NCBI GenBank assembly: GCA_964490075.1 | Contig: CAZBBK010000017.1 | Span: forward strand, 1 to 64,000 | DNA length: 64,000 bases | Direction of reading: 5' to 3' | Origin: an uncultured Gemmatimonadota bacterium | Lineage (GTDB): Bacteria; GCA-2686955 | Shown: piece after piece, positions 29,991 to 38,515 of the stretch | Numbering within the stretch: position 1 is the stretch's first letter | Layout of the letters: every line of letters begins with the position of its first letter | Notes under the pieces: generated by a model | Told to the model about the DNA's origin: nothing | The model's input: only the letters and a program-made list of their open reading frames with translations | The model's database searches: none | Program-made: the position numbers and the translations under genes

Positions 29991-30380
29991 TCACCAGAGA
30001 ACGGTGACGGAGTAGTCGGACATGCGCGGGTCGCGGGAGAGAATCGCCATCTTCTCGACCTTGGCCTGAGCAAGCAACATGCGGTCGAAAGGGTCGCGAT
30101 GGTGGAAGGGGAGCTCCAAGATCTGACGACAGTGTTCCTCTTCGATCGCCAGCCAGTTGACCCGATTGATCTCCATCTCCTGGCGCAACCGTTCGCTCCA
30201 GTCCATCGCCAGGCGCAATCTCCCCAGGCTGATCTTGATACAGATCTCCCAGTAGCTCGCGATGCTGAAGTAGAGTCGGCGCTCGGAGTCGAGGAAGATC
30301 GCCCTGGCGTTCTCGCTGAGCCGCGCGTCACCTTCGAGCGCCCACAGCAGAGCGTGGGTGTCGAGCAGGATTCTGGTCAC
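29991..30380 (-). CDS. vapC: PIN-domain toxin (VapC family)
   Basis: ILLDTHALLW, SIASYWEI, HHRDPFDRMLLAQA, ILSRD. Confidence 0.93.
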   Translation of the reverse strand: MTRILLDTHALLWALEGDARLSENARAIFLDSERRLYFSIASYWEICIKISLGRLRLAMDWSERLRQEMEINRVNWLAIEEEHCRQILELPFHHRDPFDRMLLAQAKVEKMAILSRDPRMSDYSVTVLW

Positions 30381-30607
30381 TCCTGGTACTCCGCGAAGTC
30401 GTCCAGAGCAGCGTCGAAGTCATCGCTCATCTCGAGGAGCAGACCCTCGGATCCGCCGATTCTCCGCTCCGGCAGCACTCCTGGCAGCACCACCAGCTTG
30501 ACCAGGGGTTCGCGTCCCCTGGCGATGATCACCTCTTCGCCCTTGAGGGCCTCCTGGATGAGCCTCGAGAGGTGGGTCTTGGCTTCGTGGATGGTCACCT
30601 GGTGCAT
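30377..30607 (-). CDS. Phd/YefM family antitoxin
   Basis: VTIHEAKTHLSRLIQEALKGEEVIIAR; overlaps toxin start. Confidence 0.93.
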   Translation of the reverse strand: MHQVTIHEAKTHLSRLIQEALKGEEVIIARGREPLVKLVVLPGVLPERRIGGSEGLLLEMSDDFDAALDDFAEYQE

Positions 30608-30678
30608 CGGGAGTCCTTGGTCGGGCGCCTTTCTTAGCTAATGTAATTAGTCATTGCCGCTCTGTCAACGTCGGCGCC

Positions 30679-31012
30679 TACGTGCTCAGGTAGGCGATCT
30701 GTCTGCTGGCCTCGGGCGTGAAGCGCAGCAGCACATCCAGGAGCCGGCGGTGCTCGGCGGCACGAGCCCGGTCGTCGAGGTAGAGTCGCGCGGCTTCGCT
30801 CCGCCAACGCAGAAGCTCGCGCCGCAGCGGGGGGCGTGGCTGCACCGCCACGGTCAAATCGCAGAGGTTGAGCGCCCGCTCGCAACGACGCCGCGCTCGA
30901 CGTCGACGACGTACTTGACCATGTCGGAGAACCAGTGGGCGACCAGGCGGGTGAGCTCGGAGGGCGGAATCGCCTGGTCGCAGACGACGATGCTCGGCTC
31001 TTGCTCGGTCAT
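30679..31012 (-). pseudogene. DUF5674-like N-terminal fragment joined to remnant of a downstream small gene
   Basis: ELTRLVAHWFSDMVKYVVDVERGVVA stops early; another frame gives RRELLRWR...LLDVLLRFTPEASRQIAYL. Confidence 0.55.
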
Positions 31013-31113
31013 GGGGGCTCGTGCGGTGAGAACCAGATCATGCATGCTACCGGGCGAGGCGCTTCGCGGGGAAGCGAGGGCGGCGGCAGCCAGGCCTCGG
31101 TCGCCGCCGGCCG

Positions 31114-31253
31114 GGCTCCTGAGCAGACTCAGGGGCGAGGGACGGCCGAAAAACGGCCAGAACCACCTTCTGTTGGGACTCAGACCCGAGAGATGACCGC
31201 TCAGTGGACCTGACTCCCCCCTGAGATCACTCAGTCGCTCGAGATGACCGCCG
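31114..31253. repeat. 140-bp dispersed repeat, copy 1
   Basis: Aligns with reverse complement of 58343-58482; CTGAG-N4-CTCAG palindromes near both ends. Confidence 0.65.
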
Positions 31254-31364
31254 TCCTTCGCACTTGGGCCACACCCCTCGGGACCGCTATACTCCGCGAT
31301 TCGCCGAGGCGATCGTTCCCGCCCCCAACCCCCGCCGCGCTGCGCGGACCCAGAGGACTGCACC

Positions 31365-32261
31365 ATGCTCGTCGCCATTCCGACCGACCAACCCGGCGGC
31401 CTCGAGGCCACCATCTCCGATCATTTCGGGCACTCCGACACTTACACCCTGGTCCGGGTCGAAGATGGGAGGGCGGGGGATGTCAAGGTGATCCCGAACG
31501 ACGGCCACGCCGCCGGCGGCTGCATGGGACCGGTGGACTTCCTCTGCGAACAAGGCGCAGAGGCGCTGGTGGCGGGAGGGCTGGGCGGCCGTCCCCTGGC
31601 CGGCTTCCAAGAGGCGGGGGTGGCGGTCTACTTCCACGAGCAGAAGGGAACCGTGGCGCAGGCGATCGAGGCCTTCATCGCCGGCGAGCTGCGCGAGTTC
31701 GGGCCGGCGGAGACCTGCTCTTCGGGATGCTCGGGCGAGGAGTCGGATCCGCACCACCACGGGCATGCGCCGATCGAGCGCCCGCCCCTCGAAGGCCCGG
31801 CCGAGATCCGCGACGAAAGGGTGGTGACGCTGGACTACGTGCTGCGCGATCCCGAGAGCGGCGAGGTTCTGGAGCGCAGCGAGGGGCGTCAGCCGATGCG
31901 TTATCTGCACGGCCGCGGGCAGATCGCGGTGGGGCTGGAGCGGGCGCTGGCCGGACTGGAGGTGGGCGCCACGACGCGCGTCACGGTGTCGGCCGAAGAG
32001 GGCTTCGGGGAGCGCGATCCCAAGCGCGTGATCGAGGTACCGCGCGCCAACCTGCCGGACGACGTGGAGGTGGGGATGGTGCTGGCGATGCGCAGCCCGC
32101 AGGGGCCGCGGCCGGTGGTGGTGCTCGCGCTCGACGACGACAATGCGCAGCTCGACGGCAACCACCCCTATGCCGGCCGGGCGCTCGACTTCGAGGTGAC
32201 GGTGACCGACGTGCAGGCGGCGGTCGAGGAAGAGCTGACGGCGGGCCGGGTGCTAGACTGA
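31365..32261 (+). CDS. NifB/NifX-family domain fused to FKBP-type PPIase (SlyD-like)
   Basis: N-term ISDHFGHSDTY...GGLGGRPLAGFQEAGV; Cys/His linker; C-term YLHGRGQI..GLERAL...EEGFGERD...LDGNHPYAGRALDFEV. Confidence 0.88.
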   Translation: MLVAIPTDQPGGLEATISDHFGHSDTYTLVRVEDGRAGDVKVIPNDGHAAGGCMGPVDFLCEQGAEALVAGGLGGRPLAGFQEAGVAVYFHEQKGTVAQAIEAFIAGELREFGPAETCSSGCSGEESDPHHHGHAPIERPPLEGPAEIRDERVVTLDYVLRDPESGEVLERSEGRQPMRYLHGRGQIAVGLERALAGLEVGATTRVTVSAEEGFGERDPKRVIEVPRANLPDDVEVGMVLAMRSPQGPRPVVVLALDDDNAQLDGNHPYAGRALDFEVTVTDVQAAVEEELTAGRVLD

Positions 32262-32265
32262 GCCC

Positions 32266-32547
32266 ATGCGACTCGACCCGGACGAGGCCGCGGCGCTGCG
32301 CGAAGCCACCCGGGGGCTGGAGCAGGTCTGCCTCTTCGGCTCGCGGACCGATCCCGGAGCGCGCGGTGGCGACATCGACATCCTGGTCTACTCGAACGAT
32401 CCGCCGCTGCCGCTGTCGTAGCGCATCAGCCGAGAGTTCTTCCTGCGCTGCGAGCAGAAGCTCGATGTGCCCGTGCTCGATCCCGACGATCTGAGCGCCG
32501 AGCAGGCGGCGTTCGTGGCCACACTTGCCCTGGAGCGCCTCGGATGA
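32266..32547 (+). pseudogene. MNT nucleotidyltransferase antitoxin with in-frame TAG
   Basis: LFGSRTDPGARGGDIDILV; TAG at 32419-32421, frame continues to TGA 32547. Confidence 0.8.
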
Positions 32548-32990
32548 CGCACGAATCGGCGCGCCTGGCGGCGATCGGCAAGATGAAGTGCGAGGCGGCC
32601 CCGGTGCTGCTGGAGGCGTCGCTGCGACGGGTGGCGGCCTATGATCCGGAGCGCGACTATACGCCCGACGAGCTGGAGCCTTTCGACGCGCTGACCGATC
32701 GTTTCGTGCGCTCGGTGAAGATCGCGCTGCGCTTCTTCCGCAGCTACGAGCTGCTGCACGAGGCAGTGGCCTCGGAGGCCTTGCGCGACCGCCCGCGGCG
32801 CATGGAAAAGCTGGGGCTCGTATCCTCGACCACCCTCTGGCTCGATATGCGCGATGTGCGAAACCGCATTGTTCACGACTACTTGCCGGAGTAGGTGGCG
32901 CAGCTCTTCGGCCAGATCACCGGTGCCTTCGCGACCGAGCTTGCCCGCTTCGGTGATGCGCTGGAGGGACTCGATATTCCGCCTTCGTAG
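32544..32990 (+). pseudogene. HEPN toxin with in-frame TAG
   Basis: DALTDRF, WLDMRDVRNRIVHDY (R-x4-H); TAG at 32892-32894, frame continues 32 codons to TAG 32990. Confidence 0.75.
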
Positions 32991-32997
32991 TGCCCCG

Positions 32998-34539
32998 CTA
33001 CTTCAAGAGCAACAAGCGCCTGGCAGGGAGGCGCTTACCGTCGAGCTCGGCGATCGCCAGGTAGAGACCGCTGGTCCTCCCCACCCCGTGCTGGTCCCGG
33101 CCGTCCCAGGCGAAGAGGTGATCGCCGGCCGGTAGATGGCCGCGGTGCAAGAGGCGTACGCGGCGGCCCGCCAGGTCGAAGATGGCGAGCTCGAGATGGC
33201 CGTCCCGCGCCGCGCGCAGCCCGATCTTGGTGCGGGGATTGAAGGGGTTGGGACGCGGCGCCAGGAGCTCGGCGTGGGCCGCCGGGGGGGTGCCGCGACC
33301 TGTGCCCTCGGCGATGTCGACCGCCACTCCTGCACCGAAGTAGATGTCGCCGCGGATGTCGTCGCGACGATCGGTCCAGACGGCGAGCGGGGTTCCGGCG
33401 GCGTCGACCACCAGCTCGACCTCGTCCTCGCGGACGCCGGGGGGCGACTCGGCCAGGTAGCCGAGCAAGGTCCAGCTTGCACCGCGGTCGGTCGACCGGG
33501 CCAGCAGCACATCGGCGGCGTCGCGATCGGTCGATCGGTAGGCGACGTAGAGCAACGAATCGGGGCCGTCGACCGCGGCGATCACCGGCCGGTCGACATC
33601 GATCGAGAGGCCCGGATCGCGCACCACGACGTCGGCGCCGAAGCTGGTGCCGTAGTCGGAGGAGCGGTCGGAGAAGATCACGCGGTGGCCGCTGGCGGCG
33701 TCCATCCAGGCCATCACCAGCTGGCCGCCGGAGATCGCCAGGGCGGGGCCGCTGGTGGGACAGGCGTTGATGTTCCAGGCGGAGTCGGCGACCCGCACCG
33801 GCGCGAGCCAGCTCGACCCGCTGTCGGTGGAGCGCGCCAGGTGGGCGTCGCGCACGTCGTCGATGTTGTTGCGGAAGGCGAGCAGCAGCGAGCCCTGGGG
33901 GCCGGCGACGAGATGGGGAAGGCAACAGTCGCAGGGCTCGCCCTGCGGCTGGACGACGGCGGCGACGTTGGCGCTCCAGGTCTGGCCCAGGTCGGTGGAG
34001 CGGGCGCAGTAGATCTGTGAGCCCTCGCCGCGCTCGTCGAGCCAGGCGGTGGCGAGGGTTCCGTCGGCGGTCGCGGCGAGGCTCGGCAGGAAGTTGAAGG
34101 AGCCTTCGGGGTCGTCGTTGACCCGCACCGAGGGCGCCCAGGTTGCCCCGCCGTCGGTGGAGTGCGCCGCGAACACGTCGGTGTCGAAGTAGCCGTAGCG
34201 GGAGTCGCTCCACACCACGACCAGGGTGTCGGGGCCGAGGGCACGGAGCTGTGGCCCGTTCTGGTAGCCGGCCACCAGGTGGCCCTGGACGTCGTTGACG
34301 CGGACCGACGCGCTCCAGGTGGCGCCGCCGTCGTTGGAGCGGGCGTGGCGAACGTCCTTGCCGCCGTCGCGGGCGTCGCCCCAAACGACGTGCAGGCCAC
34401 CGCCGGAATCGACGGCCAGGTAGGGCGACTCCTGGCCGGTGTCGGGGGGGGCGTCGTCTACGCGGATGTTGGCGGCGCGGGCGGCTGGGAGGGTGGCCAG
34501 GAGGGTGGCCAGGAGGGGAAGGAGGGTGCGGGTGGGCAT
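32998..34539 (-). CDS. Secreted BNR/Asp-box repeat protein with C-terminal FlgD-Ig domain
   Basis: Repeated SxDGGxTW boxes; PRPNPFNPRT...IFDLAGRRVRLL...WDGRD...SGLY tail. Confidence 0.88.
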   Translation of the reverse strand: MPTRTLLPLLATLLATLPAARAANIRVDDAPPDTGQESPYLAVDSGGGLHVVWGDARDGGKDVRHARSNDGGATWSASVRVNDVQGHLVAGYQNGPQLRALGPDTLVVVWSDSRYGYFDTDVFAAHSTDGGATWAPSVRVNDDPEGSFNFLPSLAATADGTLATAWLDERGEGSQIYCARSTDLGQTWSANVAAVVQPQGEPCDCCLPHLVAGPQGSLLLAFRNNIDDVRDAHLARSTDSGSSWLAPVRVADSAWNINACPTSGPALAISGGQLVMAWMDAASGHRVIFSDRSSDYGTSFGADVVVRDPGLSIDVDRPVIAAVDGPDSLLYVAYRSTDRDAADVLLARSTDRGASWTLLGYLAESPPGVREDEVELVVDAAGTPLAVWTDRRDDIRGDIYFGAGVAVDIAEGTGRGTPPAAHAELLAPRPNPFNPRTKIGLRAARDGHLELAIFDLAGRRVRLLHRGHLPAGDHLFAWDGRDQHGVGRTSGLYLAIAELDGKRLPARRLLLLK

Positions 34540-34653
34540 GGGCGACTCTCCGTCTCGGATGTCGGTGGGGCGGCGGTGGTCGGAGCTCCTGGGTGCTCGT
34601 ACCTGGAGGATAGTGCGGCGCGCGGCGTGCGGCGACCGGGTAGAATCACCGCC

Positions 34654-35451
34654 ATGCAGCGGCCGCGGCTTTGGCGACCCGAAGTCCCGATCTGGGACGC
34701 CCATATGCACGTCCACGAGCTGCCCGGACATGTCTGGGACAGCCCGCCGGGGCGGGCGCTGGCGCTGATGGACCGGGCCGGGATCGAGAAGGCGGCCATC
34801 ATGCCCTACTCCGAGATCGACCATGGCTCGATCTCGCTCCTGGAGCAGGGGGCGAGCTACGCGGCCGCCCATCCCGGCCGTTTTCTGCTCTTCGCGCGCC
34901 TGCACCCGGGGGAGGGGGAGGGGGCGCAGGAGCTGCTGGAGCGGGCGGTGGCGATCGGCTACGTGGGGCTGAAGCTGCACCCGGTCGGCAGCCGTGTGGC
35001 GCCCGCCGATGCGCGCTCGGTGGGACTGGTGCGGCGCGCGGCCAAGCTGGGGCTGCCGACACTTTTTCACTGCGGCGACGAGGAGCTGACCTTGCCCGAC
35101 GATGTCGGCGCGCTGGCCGAGAAGGTGCCGGAGGCGACCATCATCCTGGGGCACGCCGGGGGCTACTTTCATGTCGCGAGCGCGGTCGACTGGGCGGCGC
35201 GCTTGCCGAACCTGGTGCTCGAAGTGTCGGCGACACCCGACATCCTCGGCCTGCGCCGGGGTCTGGACCGGATCGGGCCGGAGCGCTTCATCTTCGGCTC
35301 CGACGGGCCGGGCTGTCTGCCGCAGCTCGACCTGGTCAAGACGCGGGCCTTGATCGCCGGCGGCTACGAGGCGGCGGCGGCGGGGATCTTGCGCGACAAT
35401 TTCGCGCGACTGTTGCCGGGAGGGGGAGCGGCGGCGGAGCCGGCGCGATGA
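34654..35451 (+). CDS. Amidohydrolase family protein
   Basis: DAHMH, GLKLHP, LFHCG, ILGHAG, FIFGSDGP. Confidence 0.9.
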   Translation: MQRPRLWRPEVPIWDAHMHVHELPGHVWDSPPGRALALMDRAGIEKAAIMPYSEIDHGSISLLEQGASYAAAHPGRFLLFARLHPGEGEGAQELLERAVAIGYVGLKLHPVGSRVAPADARSVGLVRRAAKLGLPTLFHCGDEELTLPDDVGALAEKVPEATIILGHAGGYFHVASAVDWAARLPNLVLEVSATPDILGLRRGLDRIGPERFIFGSDGPGCLPQLDLVKTRALIAGGYEAAAAGILRDNFARLLPGGGAAAEPAR

Positions 35452-36149
35452 TCGTCGACGCTTTCTCGCGATTGACCGGGGACCATCCGGCGACGCTGCG
35501 ATGGGGCGCCCTGGCCGATGCCTATGTCGTTGCTCCGGCGGAGGACGACACCGACATCGAGACCTTTCCCGACCGCGCCGGGACCTGCGCGGCGGCCGCG
35601 GGTGGGCTGCTGCCGGTGCTCGACCTCGATTCGGGCGCCCTGGGTGCGGCGCTCGGCGAGCCCTTCTGGTGCGGTTTGTTGCTGGGGAAGGGTGGGCACG
35701 GGCGCACTCTGGACGATCCCGCGCTGGAGGATCTGTTGGCTGCCCGGGGAGCCGCGGCCATGCCGATCGTGGTCGACTGCGGTCGCGACGCCTTTTCCCG
35801 CCCCGCGGATCTGACTCGATTCCTGGAGCGGGCGCCCGAGCGCCCCATCGTGCTCACGCACGGCGCCCAGCTCAACATCTCCGGGGGCCACCTGGAGGCG
35901 GCCGCGGAGATCTTCGCGGCCCATCCCTGGACCGTCCTGGAGAGCTCCGGCATCTACCGCCAGGACTTCCTGGAGCAGATGCTGGAGGCGATCGGCGCGG
36001 AGCGCATCGTCTACGGCAGCGGCCATCCGCTGATGCACGAAGCGCTCGAGGTCGAGCGGATTCGGCTGTTGCCCTGCGCGACGCACGAGCGCGCGGCGAT
36101 GCTCGGTGGCAACGCCGCGCGGCTCTTCGGGCTGCAAAAGCCGATGTAG
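35448..36149 (+). CDS. Amidohydrolase family protein (degenerate metal ligands)
   Basis: IVLTHG, IGAERIVYGSGHP, MLGGNAARLF; ATGA overlap with previous gene. Confidence 0.8.
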   Translation: MIVDAFSRLTGDHPATLRWGALADAYVVAPAEDDTDIETFPDRAGTCAAAAGGLLPVLDLDSGALGAALGEPFWCGLLLGKGGHGRTLDDPALEDLLAARGAAAMPIVVDCGRDAFSRPADLTRFLERAPERPIVLTHGAQLNISGGHLEAAAEIFAAHPWTVLESSGIYRQDFLEQMLEAIGAERIVYGSGHPLMHEALEVERIRLLPCATHERAAMLGGNAARLFGLQKPM

Positions 36150-36160
36150 CGACGAATCGC

Positions 36161-36700
36161 CTATTCGATCGGCTGCTTCGACCAGACCCCGTCCTTCTCC
36201 ATCCAGTTGTAGCGGGCCTTGCCGGCCTCTTTGTGGATCATGGTGTCGGAGACTCGCAACCCCTCGCCGGAGTTCTCCACCCAGAAGTCGAGATCGAAGA
36301 TCTTGCCGGTGCGGTCGGTGAAGTCGGCGCAGACGAAGTAGACACCCTCGCCGGTCTTGGCGAGGCGTTCGCGGTGGACCTTGCTCAGCTTGAGCTCTCG
36401 CTCCACGCCAGCCTTCTTGTCCATGATCGCCAGCACGCCGCCCTCGCCGGCCGCGGCCTGGGTCACGTGCTTGCGGATGAACTTCGCGACCTGGTCGATG
36501 GTCGGCGCCGCGTGCGTGGCTTCGGGATGCTCGGCGTGCTCGGGATGCTCGGGGTGCTCGGGATGCTCGGCCTTGGGGGCGGAGCCGGACTTCGGATGCT
36601 CGGGATGCTCCTGCGCGAGTGCCTGCACGCGCGGCAGGGCGGCCATCGCCAGCATTGCGCACACCAAGGTCGCGGACGGGGTCCAGTTGCGTTTCATCAC
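36161..36700 (-). CDS. Secreted protein with EHP repeats
   Basis: Signal peptide, QEHPEHP...EHPEHPEHPEHAEHP, then YFVCADF...FDLDFW domain. Confidence 0.8.
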   Translation of the reverse strand: MMKRNWTPSATLVCAMLAMAALPRVQALAQEHPEHPKSGSAPKAEHPEHPEHPEHAEHPEATHAAPTIDQVAKFIRKHVTQAAAGEGGVLAIMDKKAGVERELKLSKVHRERLAKTGEGVYFVCADFTDRTGKIFDLDFWVENSGEGLRVSDTMIHKEAGKARYNWMEKDGVWSKQPIE

Positions 36701-36722
36701 TGCCTCCAGTGGTTTGCGGGAT

Positions 36723-37763
36723 TCAAGATCGATTGGAATCTATGCCCCGATATGTACAGCGCCGGCTGACCTTGCTCCATTTCTCTCCGCTCACCTCGAC
36801 GTGCGGATCGATGAAGAAGTTCAGCGGCGCGCACTGCATGCCCTCGAAGAGCAGATCGCGTCCAACGGTCAGAAGGATCCGGTCCTCGGAACTACCGCCG
36901 AAGAAAAACTCGTGCTTGTGAGGGTTTTTGTGTGCTTCCGAGGCGTCGATCGGGATCCAGCCTCGGTCTTCCAGGTGGACCTGTGCCCAGCAGTGGTAGC
37001 CGGCGATCTCGCCCGCTTCGCGGTCCAGGGGGATCGGCACGCCCATCTCGAAGCGCGCGGGGATCCCTACGGCTCGCGCGCAACCGATGAAGAGCGAGTG
37101 GAAATCGGTGCAGTTGCCGCGCCTGGCGTCGCAGGCCCAAATGGCGTCGCCATTGCCCCAGCCGCTTCCCGACTTGTCGTAGTCCATCTCGCGAACCACG
37201 TAGTCGTAGATCGCGCGGGCCTTGGCGGCCGGCCGCGGGTGGGGAGCGGTGATGCGCAGCGCCAGCTCGCGCACCAGGCCGTCGATCGGAATCAGGCGAT
37301 CCGGTCCCAGCCAGAGGCGCGGATCGTGCGCGGCCGAGTCGGCGAGGGGGGCAGGGGCGGCGCCCGATCGAGACGCGCCGCCGAAACGTGTCATGTCGAA
37401 CTCGAGCGCGACGCTCTGCTCGGCGACTCCGGAGCGGAGCTCGAAACGCATGGCGCGATTGCCGTACTTGGGCTCGCGCAGCTCCAGGTGTGGCACGGCG
37501 CTGTCGACGCGGATGCGGTGCGTGGTCTGATCGAGGTCGGTGGGCGGGATCGGCACCCAGAGGTAGGCCGGGCGCGCGGTCGCCGGCACATCCTCGACCC
37601 GCACCTCGTAGCGGAAGCTCAAGCGCCGCGATTCGCGGGGCTCGGCGGCCGGTGGCTCCGATCCCGCGGGCGCCGAAGCCGCTTTCGCCAGCGGGAGGGC
37701 GAGGGCGGTCGCGGCGAACGCGAGAGGCGCGATGCGGGCCAGATGACGCTGAAGAAAAGGCAT
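36723..37763 (-). CDS. Transglutaminase-like domain protein
   Basis: KARAIYDYV, GNCTDFHSLFI..ARAVGIPAR, GYHCWAQ, GWIPIDASE. Confidence 0.9.
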   Translation of the reverse strand: MPFLQRHLARIAPLAFAATALALPLAKAASAPAGSEPPAAEPRESRRLSFRYEVRVEDVPATARPAYLWVPIPPTDLDQTTHRIRVDSAVPHLELREPKYGNRAMRFELRSGVAEQSVALEFDMTRFGGASRSGAAPAPLADSAAHDPRLWLGPDRLIPIDGLVRELALRITAPHPRPAAKARAIYDYVVREMDYDKSGSGWGNGDAIWACDARRGNCTDFHSLFIGCARAVGIPARFEMGVPIPLDREAGEIAGYHCWAQVHLEDRGWIPIDASEAHKNPHKHEFFFGGSSEDRILLTVGRDLLFEGMQCAPLNFFIDPHVEVSGEKWSKVSRRCTYRGIDSNRS

Positions 37764-37840
37764 GAGTCCGGCCAGTCTGGGCCCACGAGCAGGGGAGCGC
37801 AAGTGGGGGAATTCCTCCTTTTCTTGCACCCGTTTCCCGT

Positions 37841-38344
37841 TCAGCCCCCTTCCGGTGCCCCCGCTGGGCTCAGCCGCCGCGGCCGCACCCCCCGGCGCAC
37901 GAAGAGCGGGTGGCGCGGCTGCCCGCGTTGGGTGGTTCCGAGGCAGTGGACCGGGCCGCGGCGCCGGAGGATCTCCAGCACTTCGCTGTCGCGCCCCGCG
38001 CGGGCGCCGTGGAGGCCCCAGGCGGCGACGACCAGCGCGGCTTCGCGGGCCGCGGCGCGCAGGAAGCAGTCGTTGCGCGGCCCCACCGGATCGGCGGCGG
38101 CGAAGAGCTCGGCCGGGCGGGTGGCGCGGAAGGCGTAGAGGTTGACGACCTCGAGGGTTTCGAAACCCCACGCGCGGGCGAAGCCGATGCAGCGGCGGAT
38201 GGTGGGATCGTCGGCGCACTCGTCGGCGGTGCTGGGGTTCAGCATCACGAACACGACCCGCTCCGCGCCCTCACCCCAGCGGCGGCTGAGGCTGTAGCGG
38301 TAGCGACGGGTGCGGTCGAAACGGGCGGAGGATCGTGGGGGCAT
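37841..38344 (-). CDS. DUF1643 domain protein
   Basis: YRYSLSRRW, FVMLNPSTAD..DDPTIRRC, VVNLYAFRAT, PRHPLFV. Confidence 0.9.
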   Translation of the reverse strand: MPPRSSARFDRTRRYRYSLSRRWGEGAERVVFVMLNPSTADECADDPTIRRCIGFARAWGFETLEVVNLYAFRATRPAELFAAADPVGPRNDCFLRAAAREAALVVAAWGLHGARAGRDSEVLEILRRRGPVHCLGTTQRGQPRHPLFVRRGVRPRRLSPAGAPEGG

Positions 38345-38515
38345 CGGCGGATCGGCTTCGGTCGGTCGAGTCCGGGGTTCCGGGCGCTGTGACGCGAGGC
38401 TATCCTCCGGAGGAGAGTCGCATCACGGGATTTGGCGGTGCTGGGTGCCGTCCTCCGGGAGGACCATCGCAGACGGCGCGCGTCTCGAAGCACCCGCCGA
38501 CGAAGGGAGCAGACC

